Positions 47,570 through 58,238 are shown, counted from the stretch's first letter. The stretch is 64,000 nt of DNA from Dehalococcoidia bacterium (GCA_965219085.1 OZ244720.1:160001-224000), one strand, 5' to 3'. Numbers and translations: made by a program. The notes: a model not told the origin generated them from the sequence alone.

Positions 47570-49934
47570 GGCCCTTGCCGTCATCGAGTTCCCCGCAGTG
47601 CGCGAGCGCCTCGCGCGCCACACGACGTTCTCCGCCGGCCGCGAGGCCGCGCTGTCGCTGCGCCCGTCCTCGGACCGCCACACGGTCGTGCGGCGCCAGC
47701 GCGAGACCGCCGAGGCGGTCCACCTGGCGGCGGCCCGCGTGAACGTGCCGATGGGCGGCATCCACGACGTGCGGCCGATGGCCCGCGCGGCGGAACGCGG
47801 GCACACGCTCACCGCGTCCGAGCTGCTCGAGGTCGGGTCGCTGGGGCGCGCCGTCGGTCGGGTGCGGCGCGCGTTCGCGCGCATCGAGGACGAGACGCCG
47901 CTGCTCGCGACGCTCGTGCGCGGCCTCGCCGACCTCGAGCCGCTGCATACGTTGATCCGCTCCGTGTTCAATGACCGCGGCGAGGTGCTCGACAGCGCCA
48001 GCCCCACGCTCCAGTCGATCCGCCGCGAGCGCGCCGAGGTGCACGGGCGCCTGCAGCAGCGGATGGAGTCGCTCGTGCGCTCGCCCGCCGTGCGTGGGGC
48101 GCTGCAGGACGCCATCGTCACGCTCCGCGAGGGCCGCTACGTGCTGCCCGTGCGCTCCGAGGCGCGCAGCGCCGTGCCGGGCATCGTCCACGACTCGTCG
48201 GCCTCCGGCGCGACGGTCTACGTCGAGCCCATGGCCGTCGTCGACCTCGGCAACCGCTGGCGCGAGCTGGAGGCGCAGGAGCGCCACGAGATCGAGCGCA
48301 TCCTGCGCGAGATCACCGAGGCCGTCGGCGACGCCGCCGACGACCTCGCCGACGCCGTCGACCGCCTCGCGCAGCTCGACCTCGCTCTGGCGAAGGCGCA
48401 ACTCGCCGACGAGCTCGACGCGACGGCGCTGGCCGAGCGCGGACGCGACGTGCCGTGGCTGGTCCCCACGCCTGCCGAACTGCTGCTCGTCGAGGCGCGG
48501 CACCCGCTCCTCGATGGCGAGGTGGTGCCGGTCACCATCGAGGTGGGCGGCTCGGCGCGGGCGCTGCTCATCACCGGGCCGAACACCGGCGGGAAGACCG
48601 TGGCGCTCAAGACCGCCGGGCTGCTGTGCGTGATGGCGCTCGCAGGGCTGCCGCTCCCGGCAGCCGAGGGCTCGCGCGTCCCCGTGTACGACGCCGTCTT
48701 CGCCGACATCGGCGACGAGCAGTCGATCGAGCAGTCGCTATCGACGTTCTCGGGGCACATCACCGCCATCATCGACATCCTCGAACGCGCGGACGCCGGC
48801 TCGCTCGTGCTCCTCGACGAGCTGGGGGCGGGCACCGACCCGACTGAGGGCGCCGTGCTCGCGATCGCCATCGTCGAGCAGCTCGTCGCGGCTGGCGTGA
48901 CGCTCATCGCGACGACGCACCACAGCGAGCTCAAGCTCTACGCCCACAACCACGATGACGTCGCGAACGCGTCCGTCGAGTTCGACGTCGAGACGCTCGC
49001 GCCGACCTACCACCTGCGCATCGGCATCCCCGGTCAGTCGAACGCGCTCGCGATCGCCACGCGGCTGGGCATGCCCGCCGACGTGATCGAAGCGGCCGGC
49101 GCCGGGCTCTCCAGCGAGCAGCGCGACCTCGAGACCGTGCTCGCCGACCTGCGCGACCAGCTCGCCGCCGCCGAGGACCGCGCCGAGCGTGCGGCCGCCG
49201 ACCGCGACGCCGCCGAAGCGCTGCGGCTCGACCTCCAGCGGCAGCTCTCCAGCCTCGCCGATGAGAGTGCGCAGCTGCGCTCCGACGCCCGCGATCGCGT
49301 CCGCGAGGAGGTCCGCGACGCCGAGCGGCTGCTGCAGCGCGTGCGCCGCGAGGTCGAGTCGGCGCGGCTGGAACAGGCCGCCGAGGACCTCGAACGCGCG
49401 CGTCGGGCAGCGGCGGCGCTCGCGCCGGCGCCGTCTGCCGAAGTAGCGCCCTCGCCCGCCGTGCGCACGGCGCAGACGCTGCCGGCCCCGGAGGTGGGCG
49501 CACGGGTATGGCTGCGCGGCGTGTCGGTACCCGGCGAGGCGCTGAGCGAACCGAACGCGGCCGGTGAGTTCGAGGTCCAACTCGGCGCGCTACGCACCCG
49601 CGTGCGGCTGCCGCAGGTCGAGCGCATGGAGACCCCCGACGGCGAGGTGACCCTGCCGATCGCGATGCCGCCCGTGCCCGAAGCGCCCGAGGAGGTCGAG
49701 GTGCGCGGCCGCCGCGTCGAGGAAGGCCTGATAGCCGTCGAGTCGTTCATCGACGATGCCTCGCGCGCCGGGCGGGAGCGCGTGCGCATCATCCACGGCC
49801 GAGGCACCGGCGCGATGCGGCAGGCCGTGCGCGGCCTCCTCGACGACCACCCGCTGGTCGTGAAGTACGAGGGCGGCGGCACGCGCGAGGGCGGCGAGGG
49901 CGTCACCATCGCCTACCTCGCCGGCGCCCCGTAG
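47559..49934 (+). CDS. mutS2: Endonuclease MutS2
   Basis: GIVHDSSASGATVYVEP, ITGPNTGGKT, DIGDEQSIEQSLSTFS, TTHHSELK, Smr domain IIHGRGTG. Probable CTG start at 47559. Confidence 0.95.
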   Translation: MDDKALAVIEFPAVRERLARHTTFSAGREAALSLRPSSDRHTVVRRQRETAEAVHLAAARVNVPMGGIHDVRPMARAAERGHTLTASELLEVGSLGRAVGRVRRAFARIEDETPLLATLVRGLADLEPLHTLIRSVFNDRGEVLDSASPTLQSIRRERAEVHGRLQQRMESLVRSPAVRGALQDAIVTLREGRYVLPVRSEARSAVPGIVHDSSASGATVYVEPMAVVDLGNRWRELEAQERHEIERILREITEAVGDAADDLADAVDRLAQLDLALAKAQLADELDATALAERGRDVPWLVPTPAELLLVEARHPLLDGEVVPVTIEVGGSARALLITGPNTGGKTVALKTAGLLCVMALAGLPLPAAEGSRVPVYDAVFADIGDEQSIEQSLSTFSGHITAIIDILERADAGSLVLLDELGAGTDPTEGAVLAIAIVEQLVAAGVTLIATTHHSELKLYAHNHDDVANASVEFDVETLAPTYHLRIGIPGQSNALAIATRLGMPADVIEAAGAGLSSEQRDLETVLADLRDQLAAAEDRAERAAADRDAAEALRLDLQRQLSSLADESAQLRSDARDRVREEVRDAERLLQRVRREVESARLEQAAEDLERARRAAAALAPAPSAEVAPSPAVRTAQTLPAPEVGARVWLRGVSVPGEALSEPNAAGEFEVQLGALRTRVRLPQVERMETPDGEVTLPIAMPPVPEAPEEVEVRGRRVEEGLIAVESFIDDASRAGRERVRIIHGRGTGAMRQAVRGLLDDHPLVVKYEGGGTREGGEGVTIAYLAGAP

Positions 49935-50018
49935 CGCGCCCGGCCGTCACACGAGTCACTCCAAGGTAGGGCGATGACCTCGAGCAGCAGGAGGAGTCTG
50001 GAGCCGGTCAGGATCGGC

Positions 50019-51710
50019 TCAGTCAGCTAGGCGAATTGAATCCACAATCGGGTCAAGTCGCGGACTTGCATCACGCGCGAATACCTCGCCTGTTCCGGGA
50101 CTGATCTGAAGACGAGCCCCCGTTTCTTCGTCTATGAGGGTCACTCCGCTAGCTATGTAGGTGCGGTAACTGGAATTACGAAGGTACTCCGGACTAGCTA
50201 CAATCCGCATTCCCGCAGGTACATCGACAAGGTATCGAGATCCGGGCGCAATCCGATACGTACCCTTCCCTGCTGGCTCCCATGCAATGAGCGTGCGTAT
50301 GCCACCCTCGCCGACACGTCCAGGCGGAACGAGCCACGCGAAGTCAACATCCTTCGCTGCTGCCGGGTCGTTGATAGCGTCTCCGCATCGCCCCCCATAT
50401 ACAGTAACCCAGTCAACGCCGTAGCTCCGCGGGACAGACGAGGCCGTGGGAACGCTCGTCACTCTGAAGCGGAATACGCAGTCGAGGCCATTCATCCGGT
50501 ACTCGAACGCGTCCCCGATCTCGACAATGTCGTAGACGGCGGCGCGGGACTGTCCGGTCGCATCTGTAGGGTGGATGCGCAACTCGACGCCGCGGGCCGG
50601 GCGACCACCGAAGTTATTGATCGCGCTCGTTGCGTCTCCTGCGGTTTGGAGGAATGAGTAGCTGCCCGGAGCCGTGGCAGCGCCGGTCGTGTCGAGCAGG
50701 TTGTAACGGAACGTCGGCACGGAGAACACAGTCGTAACGACCGTGTCGCCGAGCACGGGCTCGTGGTTGGGCCGGATTGGATGGGGCCTCGCTGCCGTCA
50801 GGTCGAACGTGATGAGGGTGGGTGCGGCCTCGTCGTTCGTCACCGTGAACGTGTAGGTCGTCCCCACCGGCTGGATGAGCTGCGACGCCGAGACCGGCGG
50901 TGGTGTCCCCAACGGCGTTCGCTGCAGGTCGAAGCGCGTGTACCCCGCGGGTAGCCGTGCCGCCGTTACCACCGTCACCTGCTGCCCGCGCCCGACGTAG
51001 TAACGGCCGTCTGACGCGGGCCTGAGAAGCATCTCGGAGGGGACGGCCGCCACCTGCGCATAGTCGTCGGGCGCACCTACATACACCGCGACGATACAGT
51101 CGGCCTCCGTCGGCGCGGCGCAACGGCCGGGCGCAGCCGCCCGGGGAGCCGACTGTGGGGGGACCGGCGTTGGTGTGGGCCTGAGCGTGGCGGTGGGCGA
51201 TGGAGCGGGTGACGGCTCGAGGTCGGCCGCGGGTGGCGCCGCCGGAGACACCGGGGCGGCCGCTGGCTCGCGCTCCGGTGTTGGAGTGGGCGGAACGGTC
51301 CCAGTGACGACCAGCCGGTTGACTGCCGGCGGGTCGCCGTTCCCCTCCAACGCCACCTCGAGCACCACCAGCGCCACGACCACCGCGACGACCCCGGCCA
51401 GCACGGCCACACCCGCCCCGACCCACATCAGCGGGCGAGCGAACGAACCGAGGACGGCCGGAAGCGCGAACAGCGCGCGGAGCCGCCCTCGCGTGCCATC
51501 GGGGTGCCAGGCCGCGAGCTCCTCGCGGCTCCGGAGCTCCAGCTTTGCCAGCATGCTCGAGACGTGGGACTTGACCGTCTCGGCGCCGATGCCGAGACGC
51601 GACGCGATCTCGGCGTTGGTGCCGCCGCGGCGCAGCTCCTCGAGGACGCGCCACTCCGCCGGCGTCAGGATGTCGGGATGGCGCGGGCGACCCCCTCGAT
51701 GGTGCTCCAT
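50019..51710 (-). CDS. LuxR-type HTH fused to a TM helix and a large C-terminal putative extracytoplasmic region
   Basis: LTPAEWRVLEELRRGGTNAEIASRLGIGAETVKSHVSSMLAKL, TM (VGAGVAVLAGVVAVVVALVVL), Pro/Thr-rich linker, beta-rich C-terminus. Confidence 0.85.
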   Translation of the reverse strand: MEHHRGGRPRHPDILTPAEWRVLEELRRGGTNAEIASRLGIGAETVKSHVSSMLAKLELRSREELAAWHPDGTRGRLRALFALPAVLGSFARPLMWVGAGVAVLAGVVAVVVALVVLEVALEGNGDPPAVNRLVVTGTVPPTPTPEREPAAAPVSPAAPPAADLEPSPAPSPTATLRPTPTPVPPQSAPRAAAPGRCAAPTEADCIVAVYVGAPDDYAQVAAVPSEMLLRPASDGRYYVGRGQQVTVVTAARLPAGYTRFDLQRTPLGTPPPVSASQLIQPVGTTYTFTVTNDEAAPTLITFDLTAARPHPIRPNHEPVLGDTVVTTVFSVPTFRYNLLDTTGAATAPGSYSFLQTAGDATSAINNFGGRPARGVELRIHPTDATGQSRAAVYDIVEIGDAFEYRMNGLDCVFRFRVTSVPTASSVPRSYGVDWVTVYGGRCGDAINDPAAAKDVDFAWLVPPGRVGEGGIRTLIAWEPAGKGTYRIAPGSRYLVDVPAGMRIVASPEYLRNSSYRTYIASGVTLIDEETGARLQISPGTGEVFARDASPRLDPIVDSIRLAD

Positions 51711-51775
51711 CCTCCCATGCTAGAGCGGCGGTCGGGGAGGTTTCCTCCCCCGACCGGGCCGGCGCCCCGTAGGGC

Positions 51776-52543
51776 TCAGTCCTCGATCGCCTGTCCGGGG
51801 TTCGCGCGGCCGAGGAACACGTCGGTCAGGATGGTGCTATCGCGGACGGACTGTGGTGTGCCTTCGTGCGCGATGGTGCCCTTGTCGAGCACGTAGGCGC
51901 GGTCCGCGATGTCGAGCACGCCCCTGATGTTGTGCTCGACGACCATGATCGTCGTGCTCAGCCGCTCGCTGATCTCGCGCACCTTCTCGAACACCTCGGT
52001 CACGACGATGGGCGCGAGGCCCAGCGTCGGCTCGTCGAGCAGCAGCAGGTCCGGGTCGGCCATGAGCCCGCGCCCGAGCGCGAGCATCTGCTGCTGTCCG
52101 CCGGACATGGCGCTCGCGGGGTCGTTGCGCTTCGGGTAGAGGATGGGGAAGAGCTCCATGACTGCCTCGAGGCGGCGAGCCTGCTCCGCGTCGTCGTGCA
52201 GGTAGAGGCACCCCATCTCGAGGTTCTCCGCGATGCTGAGGTGCGTGAACACGCGCCGCCCCTGCGGCACGAACGCGATGCCCTCCTGCACGATCTCGTG
52301 CGTCGCCGCGGACAGCCGGCTCCCGCGCCAGTGCACCTCGCCGGCCACGACCGGCGCGAGGCCCATGATGGCCTTCAGCACGGTCGACTTCCCGGCGCCA
52401 TTCGGCCCCATCAACGCGACGACCTCGCCGCGACGCACGTCGAGCGACACGCCGTCGAGGGCCACCACCGCGCCGTAGTGCACGGCTATGCGGGTGAGCC
52501 GCAGTAGCGGGCCGTTCGTCGCCTGTTCCGAGGGCTCCATCAA
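51776..52543 (-). CDS. livF: Branched-chain amino acid ABC transporter ATPase (LivF-like)
   Basis: GPNGAGKS, VPQGRRVF, MSGGQQQMLALGR, LLLDEP. Confidence 0.9.
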   Translation of the reverse strand: MMEPSEQATNGPLLRLTRIAVHYGAVVALDGVSLDVRRGEVVALMGPNGAGKSTVLKAIMGLAPVVAGEVHWRGSRLSAATHEIVQEGIAFVPQGRRVFTHLSIAENLEMGCLYLHDDAEQARRLEAVMELFPILYPKRNDPASAMSGGQQQMLALGRGLMADPDLLLLDEPTLGLAPIVVTEVFEKVREISERLSTTIMVVEHNIRGVLDIADRAYVLDKGTIAHEGTPQSVRDSTILTDVFLGRANPGQAIED

Positions 52544-52569
52544 CGCTTCCCCCTGCTACCTGCCCCGTC

Positions 52570-53340
52570 CTACGTACCGAGGTATGCCTCGATCACCTCT
52601 TCGCGGCTCAGCACGTCCTGCACGTCTCCCTCGGTGAGGAGCCTGCCGCTGTCGAGCACGATGAGGTGGTCCGGCAACTCGCGGACGATGTCCATGTTGT
52701 GCGAGATGAAGATGATCGTGCGGCCGCGGTCGCGCAGGTCGCGCACGAGGTCCTTCACGGGCTCGATCATCTGCGGGAACAGCCCCGCGAATGGCTCGTC
52801 GAACATGTAGATCTGCACGTCGAGCGCGAGCGCCCGGCCGATCTCGAGCAGCTTGCGCTGGCCGTACGAGAGGTCCATGGCGAGCGAGTCGCGCTTCTCC
52901 CACATGCCGACGAGCTTGAGGATGCGCTCGGCCTCCTCGCGGTGGGCCTGCTTCGTCCGCTCGAGCAGCGCGGGGAGCAGCCGCCGGCTGGTGAGCACGA
53001 CCATGATGTTGTCCCACACGCTGATCTGGTCGAAGAGCCGCACCTCCTGGAACGTGCGCGTCGCGCCGTGCGAGGGGACGTCGTGCGCATGCACCACCCG
53101 CAGCGAGACACCGTCCAGGATCACCATGCCGCCGTCGAGCGGCAGCACGCCGCTCAACAGGTTGACGAACGTCGACTTCCCGGAGCCGTTCGGCCCGACG
53201 ATGCTCGTGATGCCCTGACGCGGGATCGAGACGCTCAGCTCGTGCACCGCCCGCACCGCGCCGAAGTGCTTCGAGATGTCGATCGTCTGGACGGCGTAGT
53301 CCTCGGCGATGTCGGGGCGGTCGGTGTGCCCGGTGGTCAT
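52570..53340 (-). CDS. livG: Branched-chain amino acid ABC transporter ATPase (LivG-like)
   Basis: GPNGSGKS, RTFQ, LSYGQRKLLEIGRA, VIEAYLG. Confidence 0.9.
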   Translation of the reverse strand: MTTGHTDRPDIAEDYAVQTIDISKHFGAVRAVHELSVSIPRQGITSIVGPNGSGKSTFVNLLSGVLPLDGGMVILDGVSLRVVHAHDVPSHGATRTFQEVRLFDQISVWDNIMVVLTSRRLLPALLERTKQAHREEAERILKLVGMWEKRDSLAMDLSYGQRKLLEIGRALALDVQIYMFDEPFAGLFPQMIEPVKDLVRDLRDRGRTIIFISHNMDIVRELPDHLIVLDSGRLLTEGDVQDVLSREEVIEAYLGT

Positions 53341-54362
53341 AGCCGGTACTTCCCCACCAGGCCCTGCGGCCTGAACAGCATCAGCAGCACGAGGAGCACG
53401 CCAAGCACGATCTGCCGCGCCTGCCCAACGTACTCGGACGGGATGAACGGCAGGAAGCGCATCCCCTCCTCCATCAGCACGAACGTCATCGCCCCCAGCA
53501 GTGAGCCCCAGATCGTCGCGAGCCCGCCGAGGATCACGATCGAGACGAGCAGCATCGACTCCAGCAGGATGAACGAGTTGGGGTCGATGAAGCTCGTCCA
53601 GCTCGCGAACAGCCCTCCGGCGAGGCCCGCCATCATCGCGGAGATCACCCACACCGCCAGCTTGTAGTGCGTCACCCGGTAGCCGAAGACGGCGATCGCC
53701 TCCTCGTCCTCCCGGATCGCCGTCAGCACCCGCCCGAACGAGGACGTGACGACGAGCCACGAGATGAGCACGACGAAGGCGAGCACGGCGAGCGAGAAGA
53801 GCAGGAACTCAAGCTCTCCGTCGATCACCCACCCCCCAATCGACGGTCGCTCGATCTGGTGAATGCCGAATGCCCCGCGGGTAACGCCGCGCAGGTTGAG
53901 GAAGGTGTTGAAGGCGATGATCGCGAAGCCGAACGAGACCAGCACGAAGATGTCGTCGCGGAACCGATTGAACGCGACTCCCACCACGATCGCCACCAGC
54001 CCGGTGAGCGCGACGCTGACCGGGAGCGCCGCGAAGAACGGCCACCCGTAGGTCGGGATCGCGTCGGTGCGGGAGAGCTCGTACGAGGCGTTCGACGTGA
54101 GGATCGCCGTCGCGTACGCGCCGATGCCGAAGAAGCCGATGTGGCCCACTGAGAGCAGGCCGGTGAAGCCGACGACGAGGTTGAGGCTGACGGCGAGGAT
54201 CGCCCAGATCGCGAACACGGTGCCGATCGTGATCGCGAAGCCCGTGCCCTGCCACACCATGAACACGATCGCCCACGTGATGACCAGGAGGTTCGCCCAC
54301 AACTCGATGTTGCCGCGCGCGAGGGCAGCTACGTCGCCGGCGTTCCGCGGGAGCATCGACAC
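53337..54362 (-). CDS. livM: Branched-chain amino acid ABC transporter permease (LivM-like)
   Basis: SLNLVVGFTGLLSVGH, FGRVLTAIREDE, ILGG, FRPQGLVG. Confidence 0.88.
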   Translation of the reverse strand: MSMLPRNAGDVAALARGNIELWANLLVITWAIVFMVWQGTGFAITIGTVFAIWAILAVSLNLVVGFTGLLSVGHIGFFGIGAYATAILTSNASYELSRTDAIPTYGWPFFAALPVSVALTGLVAIVVGVAFNRFRDDIFVLVSFGFAIIAFNTFLNLRGVTRGAFGIHQIERPSIGGWVIDGELEFLLFSLAVLAFVVLISWLVVTSSFGRVLTAIREDEEAIAVFGYRVTHYKLAVWVISAMMAGLAGGLFASWTSFIDPNSFILLESMLLVSIVILGGLATIWGSLLGAMTFVLMEEGMRFLPFIPSEYVGQARQIVLGVLLVLLMLFRPQGLVGKYRL

Positions 54363-54365
54363 TGG

Positions 54366-55703
54366 TCAGCTCCTCGGCAGCAGGCCCTTGGGCCAGAACG
54401 ACAGGAAGAGGATGAGCACGACGAACGACACCACGTCGCGCCACTCACCGGCGAGGTCCCAGATCCCGAACTGCTCGATCATGCCGAGCACGAACCCCCC
54501 GACGATCGCCCCGTAGAGGTTCCCGATGCCACCCACGACCGAGGCGATCCAGCCCTTGAGCAGGAGCAGCAGGCCCATCCTCGGCTGAATCGCCGTGTCG
54601 TGCCCGCTCAGGATGCCGGCGAGGGCGGCGTAGACGGCGCCGATGAAGAACACGGCGGCGATGATGACCGTGGTGTTGATGCCGACGACCTTCGAGACCT
54701 CCTCGTCGTCGCCGACGGCGCGCACCGCCTTGCCGAACGAGGTGCGGCGCAGCAGCAGCCAGAGGCCGGCGAACCCGACGAACGCCATCGCAATGGCGAA
54801 GACGTTGAAGCCCTTGATGGTCGCGCCGCCGATGGTCCACGGGTCGCTGCCGAACGCCTCCGGCAGCGGGCGGGGCGTCGCCTCGAAGACGATCGTGGTC
54901 GCGGCGGTGAGGGCGAGGAGCACGCCGAGCGAGGCGACGAGCATGATCAGCGGCGACCGCGCACGCTCCAGCATGTAGATGTAGAGCCCCCGGTACAGCG
55001 CGACTCCGACCGCGCCTGCCAGCAGACACGACACGCCCCAGCTGAGGTACAGCCGGGACCCGGGCGCGCCGGCCACGAGGATCGCGAGGTAGCCGCCGAC
55101 CCCGACGGCGATGACGGCTGCGAGGACGGCCACGGCTGTGGGCGCGTCGGCGCCGAACGAGCGCCGGATCGCGCCGAATACGGCCAGGGCCACCACCACA
55201 CCGAGGGCCGGGCTCAGCAGGACGTTGAGCTCGGTCGGGAAGGTGACCAGGACCGCCGTGTAGACGCCGGCAGCCGCCGCGAGCAGCCCTCCGGCGAGCA
55301 TCACCGTGCGCGGATCGTAGCGGCGGCTCCAGCTTCGGTAGTACCTCGTGTGGAGCGCCCAGGCGACAACGCCGGCGGTGACGATGGCGAACGCGATGTT
55401 GAGGAGCGGCTGGTTGACCTCGTACTGCCCGCCCAGCGCCTCCTGCGACCGCAGGTAGTACACGCCGTACGCGCCGATGGCCGCCGCCGCGCCGTAGTAC
55501 AGGTCGAAGAACCACACCGTGCTGTAGACGAGGGTGAAGCCCATCGCCAGCAGCGCGTACACGGCGCCCACGGACGCGCCGTTGAACGCGAACTGGAGCG
55601 CCTGCTCCGGCGATTCACTGACCTTCCAGCCCAGGTAGGCAACCGTCGCCGCCGCCAACGCGATCGCCAGCAGCGTGCTCTGGCGATCGCGGTATTCGAG
55701 CAC
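54366..55703 (-). CDS. livH: Branched-chain amino acid ABC transporter permease (LivH-like, with a long internal insertion)
   Basis: GAVYALLAMGFTLVY, TSFGKAVRAV, VVGGIGN, WPKGL; 445 aa. Confidence 0.85.
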   Translation of the reverse strand: MLEYRDRQSTLLAIALAAATVAYLGWKVSESPEQALQFAFNGASVGAVYALLAMGFTLVYSTVWFFDLYYGAAAAIGAYGVYYLRSQEALGGQYEVNQPLLNIAFAIVTAGVVAWALHTRYYRSWSRRYDPRTVMLAGGLLAAAAGVYTAVLVTFPTELNVLLSPALGVVVALAVFGAIRRSFGADAPTAVAVLAAVIAVGVGGYLAILVAGAPGSRLYLSWGVSCLLAGAVGVALYRGLYIYMLERARSPLIMLVASLGVLLALTAATTIVFEATPRPLPEAFGSDPWTIGGATIKGFNVFAIAMAFVGFAGLWLLLRRTSFGKAVRAVGDDEEVSKVVGINTTVIIAAVFFIGAVYAALAGILSGHDTAIQPRMGLLLLLKGWIASVVGGIGNLYGAIVGGFVLGMIEQFGIWDLAGEWRDVVSFVVLILFLSFWPKGLLPRS

Positions 55704-55758
55704 TGGGCCACCTCCGAGCCGCCACGGAGCCGGACGCGCCCGCTCCGCTCACGAGCGG

Positions 55759-55790
55759 TCCGGCCCGGCCGATCGGGTGGCCGGGCCGGA
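55759..55790. terminator. 12-bp GC hairpin after the substrate-binding protein gene (mRNA stabiliser or partial terminator)
   Basis: TCCGGCCCGGCC-GATCGGGT-GGCCGGGCCGGA. Confidence 0.5.
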
Positions 55791-55801
55791 ACCCGTGGGT
55801 C

Positions 55802-57001
55802 CTACTCGCTCGGCGCGGGGCCGAGGACGCGGTAGCCGTGGTTCTCCTCGTTCTGCTCCGCCGGTGGCAGCACCTCGATGACGACGTTGGCCAGGCCGAC
55901 CACCTCGCCGTTCTCGTCGAAGGTGTAGTTGTCGCCGATGGCGCCACTCCACGTGATCCCGTACAGGCAGTCGCGGAACCCGTTGGCGTCCTGGTCGTCA
56001 CCCGTCTGCTTGAGGCATTCGGCCGTGATGTAGATATCGTCGTAGACCGAGCCGATGTACCACGGCAGCGTGACGTAGCCGTAGTTCGCCCGGAACCGCT
56101 CCAACACACCCTGGCCGAGCGTGTTGGCGGGATCGAGGTCCGTGATGATCGCCTTCACGCCCGTCGCGGCGTCTCCGGCGATCTCAAGCGCGGTCGTGCC
56201 GACAACGACGATCTCGCCGTAGATCGGCCCGTCGTAGCCGAGCTCGCGCGCCTGCTTCACGATCGTGCCGCCCGCGAACTCGGACTGCGCCGCGACGTGC
56301 AGAGCGTCCGGATCCGCTTCGATCAGCTTGGTCAGCTGCGTCCGGAAGTCGGTCGTGTCGGAGGGGTAGCGCTCCTCGCCGACCACCTCACCGCCGCGCT
56401 TCTCGAACTGCGCGACGGAGGTGCGACGCACGCCTTCGGCGTAGTCGGTCGACTCGGTCATGGTGGCGAGCGAGCGGATACCGTCGGCCCACAGCACGTT
56501 GCCGGTGTCGATCCCGAGCTGCGCGTCGCTCAGCGCGGTGCGGAAGATGTAGTCGCCCGCGTCGGCGATGTCCGGGTTCGTCGCGAGCCCGGAGAACAGC
56601 ACCACGCCGTCACGCTCGGCGAGCGGCGCCGCGCCGAGCATCGCGCCGCTGCACGACGTGCCGAGGATGATCTTCACACCGTCGACGTCCGTGAGCTTGT
56701 TGTACGCGGTGATCGCGTCCTGGGCGTTGCACTTCGAGTCCTCGACGACGAGTTCGAGCATGCGCCCGTTGATCCCGCCTGCCGCGTTGATCTCGTCGAC
56801 GGCCATCTGCTTGGCCTGGATCGCGACGCGCCCGTAGGTCTCGCCGGGACCCGTCGCCGACTCCATCACGCCGATCCGCAGCGGTGGCTGTGCGTCGTCC
56901 CCTGTGGCCTCTTCCTCGTCGCTCGGGCAGGCGGCCGCGAGGGGTAAGACGAGGGCCGCCAGACCAAGGAACAGGGCTCGCTTCCACCAGGACACTCGCA
57001 T
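55802..57001 (-). CDS. ABC transporter substrate-binding lipoprotein (LivJ/K family)
   Basis: Lipobox LAAAC, MAVDEINAAGGINGR, EDSKC, YIFRT, TDFRTQLTK. Confidence 0.9.
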   Translation of the reverse strand: MRVSWWKRALFLGLAALVLPLAAACPSDEEEATGDDAQPPLRIGVMESATGPGETYGRVAIQAKQMAVDEINAAGGINGRMLELVVEDSKCNAQDAITAYNKLTDVDGVKIILGTSCSGAMLGAAPLAERDGVVLFSGLATNPDIADAGDYIFRTALSDAQLGIDTGNVLWADGIRSLATMTESTDYAEGVRRTSVAQFEKRGGEVVGEERYPSDTTDFRTQLTKLIEADPDALHVAAQSEFAGGTIVKQARELGYDGPIYGEIVVVGTTALEIAGDAATGVKAIITDLDPANTLGQGVLERFRANYGYVTLPWYIGSVYDDIYITAECLKQTGDDQDANGFRDCLYGITWSGAIGDNYTFDENGEVVGLANVVIEVLPPAEQNEENHGYRVLGPAPSE

Positions 57002-57154
57002 CACGCCCCCCAGACCGCCCAACTCACGTCGGGCGATCGTGATATTAGCCGATGCGGAGCCGCTTGCGGCGGCGGACTCCATCCCGAGCCGGCAGGGACC
57101 AGGATCACCGATATGGCAACCGAGCCGCCGGGGGCTGCTCGCAACCGCGGACGC

Positions 57155-58238
57155 CTACCGTGCGCCATCGACCTCCACCGTGACAACGTCGATGCCGTGA
57201 TACTTCTGATGCTGCGCGGACGAGGCGTGGTATCGGAGGAGCCTGTACGAGATCTCGCGCTCGTCCGGACCCGGCGGCAACTCGGCGAGGTACGCGAGGT
57301 GATCCTCGATGTTCTCGCCGTGGTACGCCGTCACGAACTCGACCCCCGCCGAGGAGCCCTCGAGCCGCGCTGCCACGGACAGGCGCTTCGCCCCGCTCCC
57401 CCGCGGGATCCCCGGCGTCGTCCGCCTGGAGCCGGATGGCCAGTGTCTCCTCGCCGGCCGAGGCGAGCCGGTCCGAGGAGGCGGCGTCCCCACCTCGGCG
57501 CGACACGGCATCTCGCAGGAACTCGTCGATCGCCGGGCAGGGCATCCATCTCGAGTGGCACGTGGAGCTGCCGGCGCCGGGGCCGCGTGAGCTCAACGAA
57601 CGCCGTCATGATCACCGCGGCGAGCGCTCCCGAGGTCATGCCGCCGCCCAGCAGCACCCCGGCGAAACCGCCGAGCAGGTCCGCGAAGATGACGTTGTCC
57701 TGGAAGCCGACGCCGATCCAGAACGCGATGCCCGCGACCGCCGCCTTGCGGTGATCGAGCCCGTCCTGCACCACCATCCTCATGCCCTGCACGAACAGCA
57801 GCGCCGGCAACACCGTGATGTGGCCGCGGCCACCGGCCCGGGAATCGCGATCAGTAACGCCGCGACCTTGGGGAAGAACGCCAGCGCCACCGTAATCACG
57901 CCGATCGCGATCCCGACCCGGCGTGCGGCGATCCCGGTCACCTCGGTCAGGGAGATGCTGGACGAGTAGGCGGTGTTGGGCAGTGTGCCCGTCAGGCCGG
58001 ATAGGAGGTTGCCGACCTCGTCGGCGTTCAGCGCGCCCTGCACGACTCGGAAGTCGGTCGCGTGGTGCTCCCGCCGCGAGACCCGCTGGACCGCGATGCC
58101 GTCGCCGACGGTCTCGACCGCCCTGACCGGGGTGACCACGACGAACGCGGGAAGCAGCGCCCGGAACGCGTGACCCGGTGTGATGTCGAACCCCGGCCAC
58201 CCGCCGAGCGGCACGCCGACCCAGGCTGCGTCGACCAC
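57155..58238 (-). pseudogene. Truncated, multiply frameshifted xanthine/uracil (NCS2) permease with a C-terminal soluble domain
   Basis: ETVGD, GALNADEVGNLLSGLTGTLPNTAYSSS...TGIAARRVG...FFPKVAALLIAIPGPV. Continuation is spread over three frames and the 5' half is absent. Confidence 0.8.
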
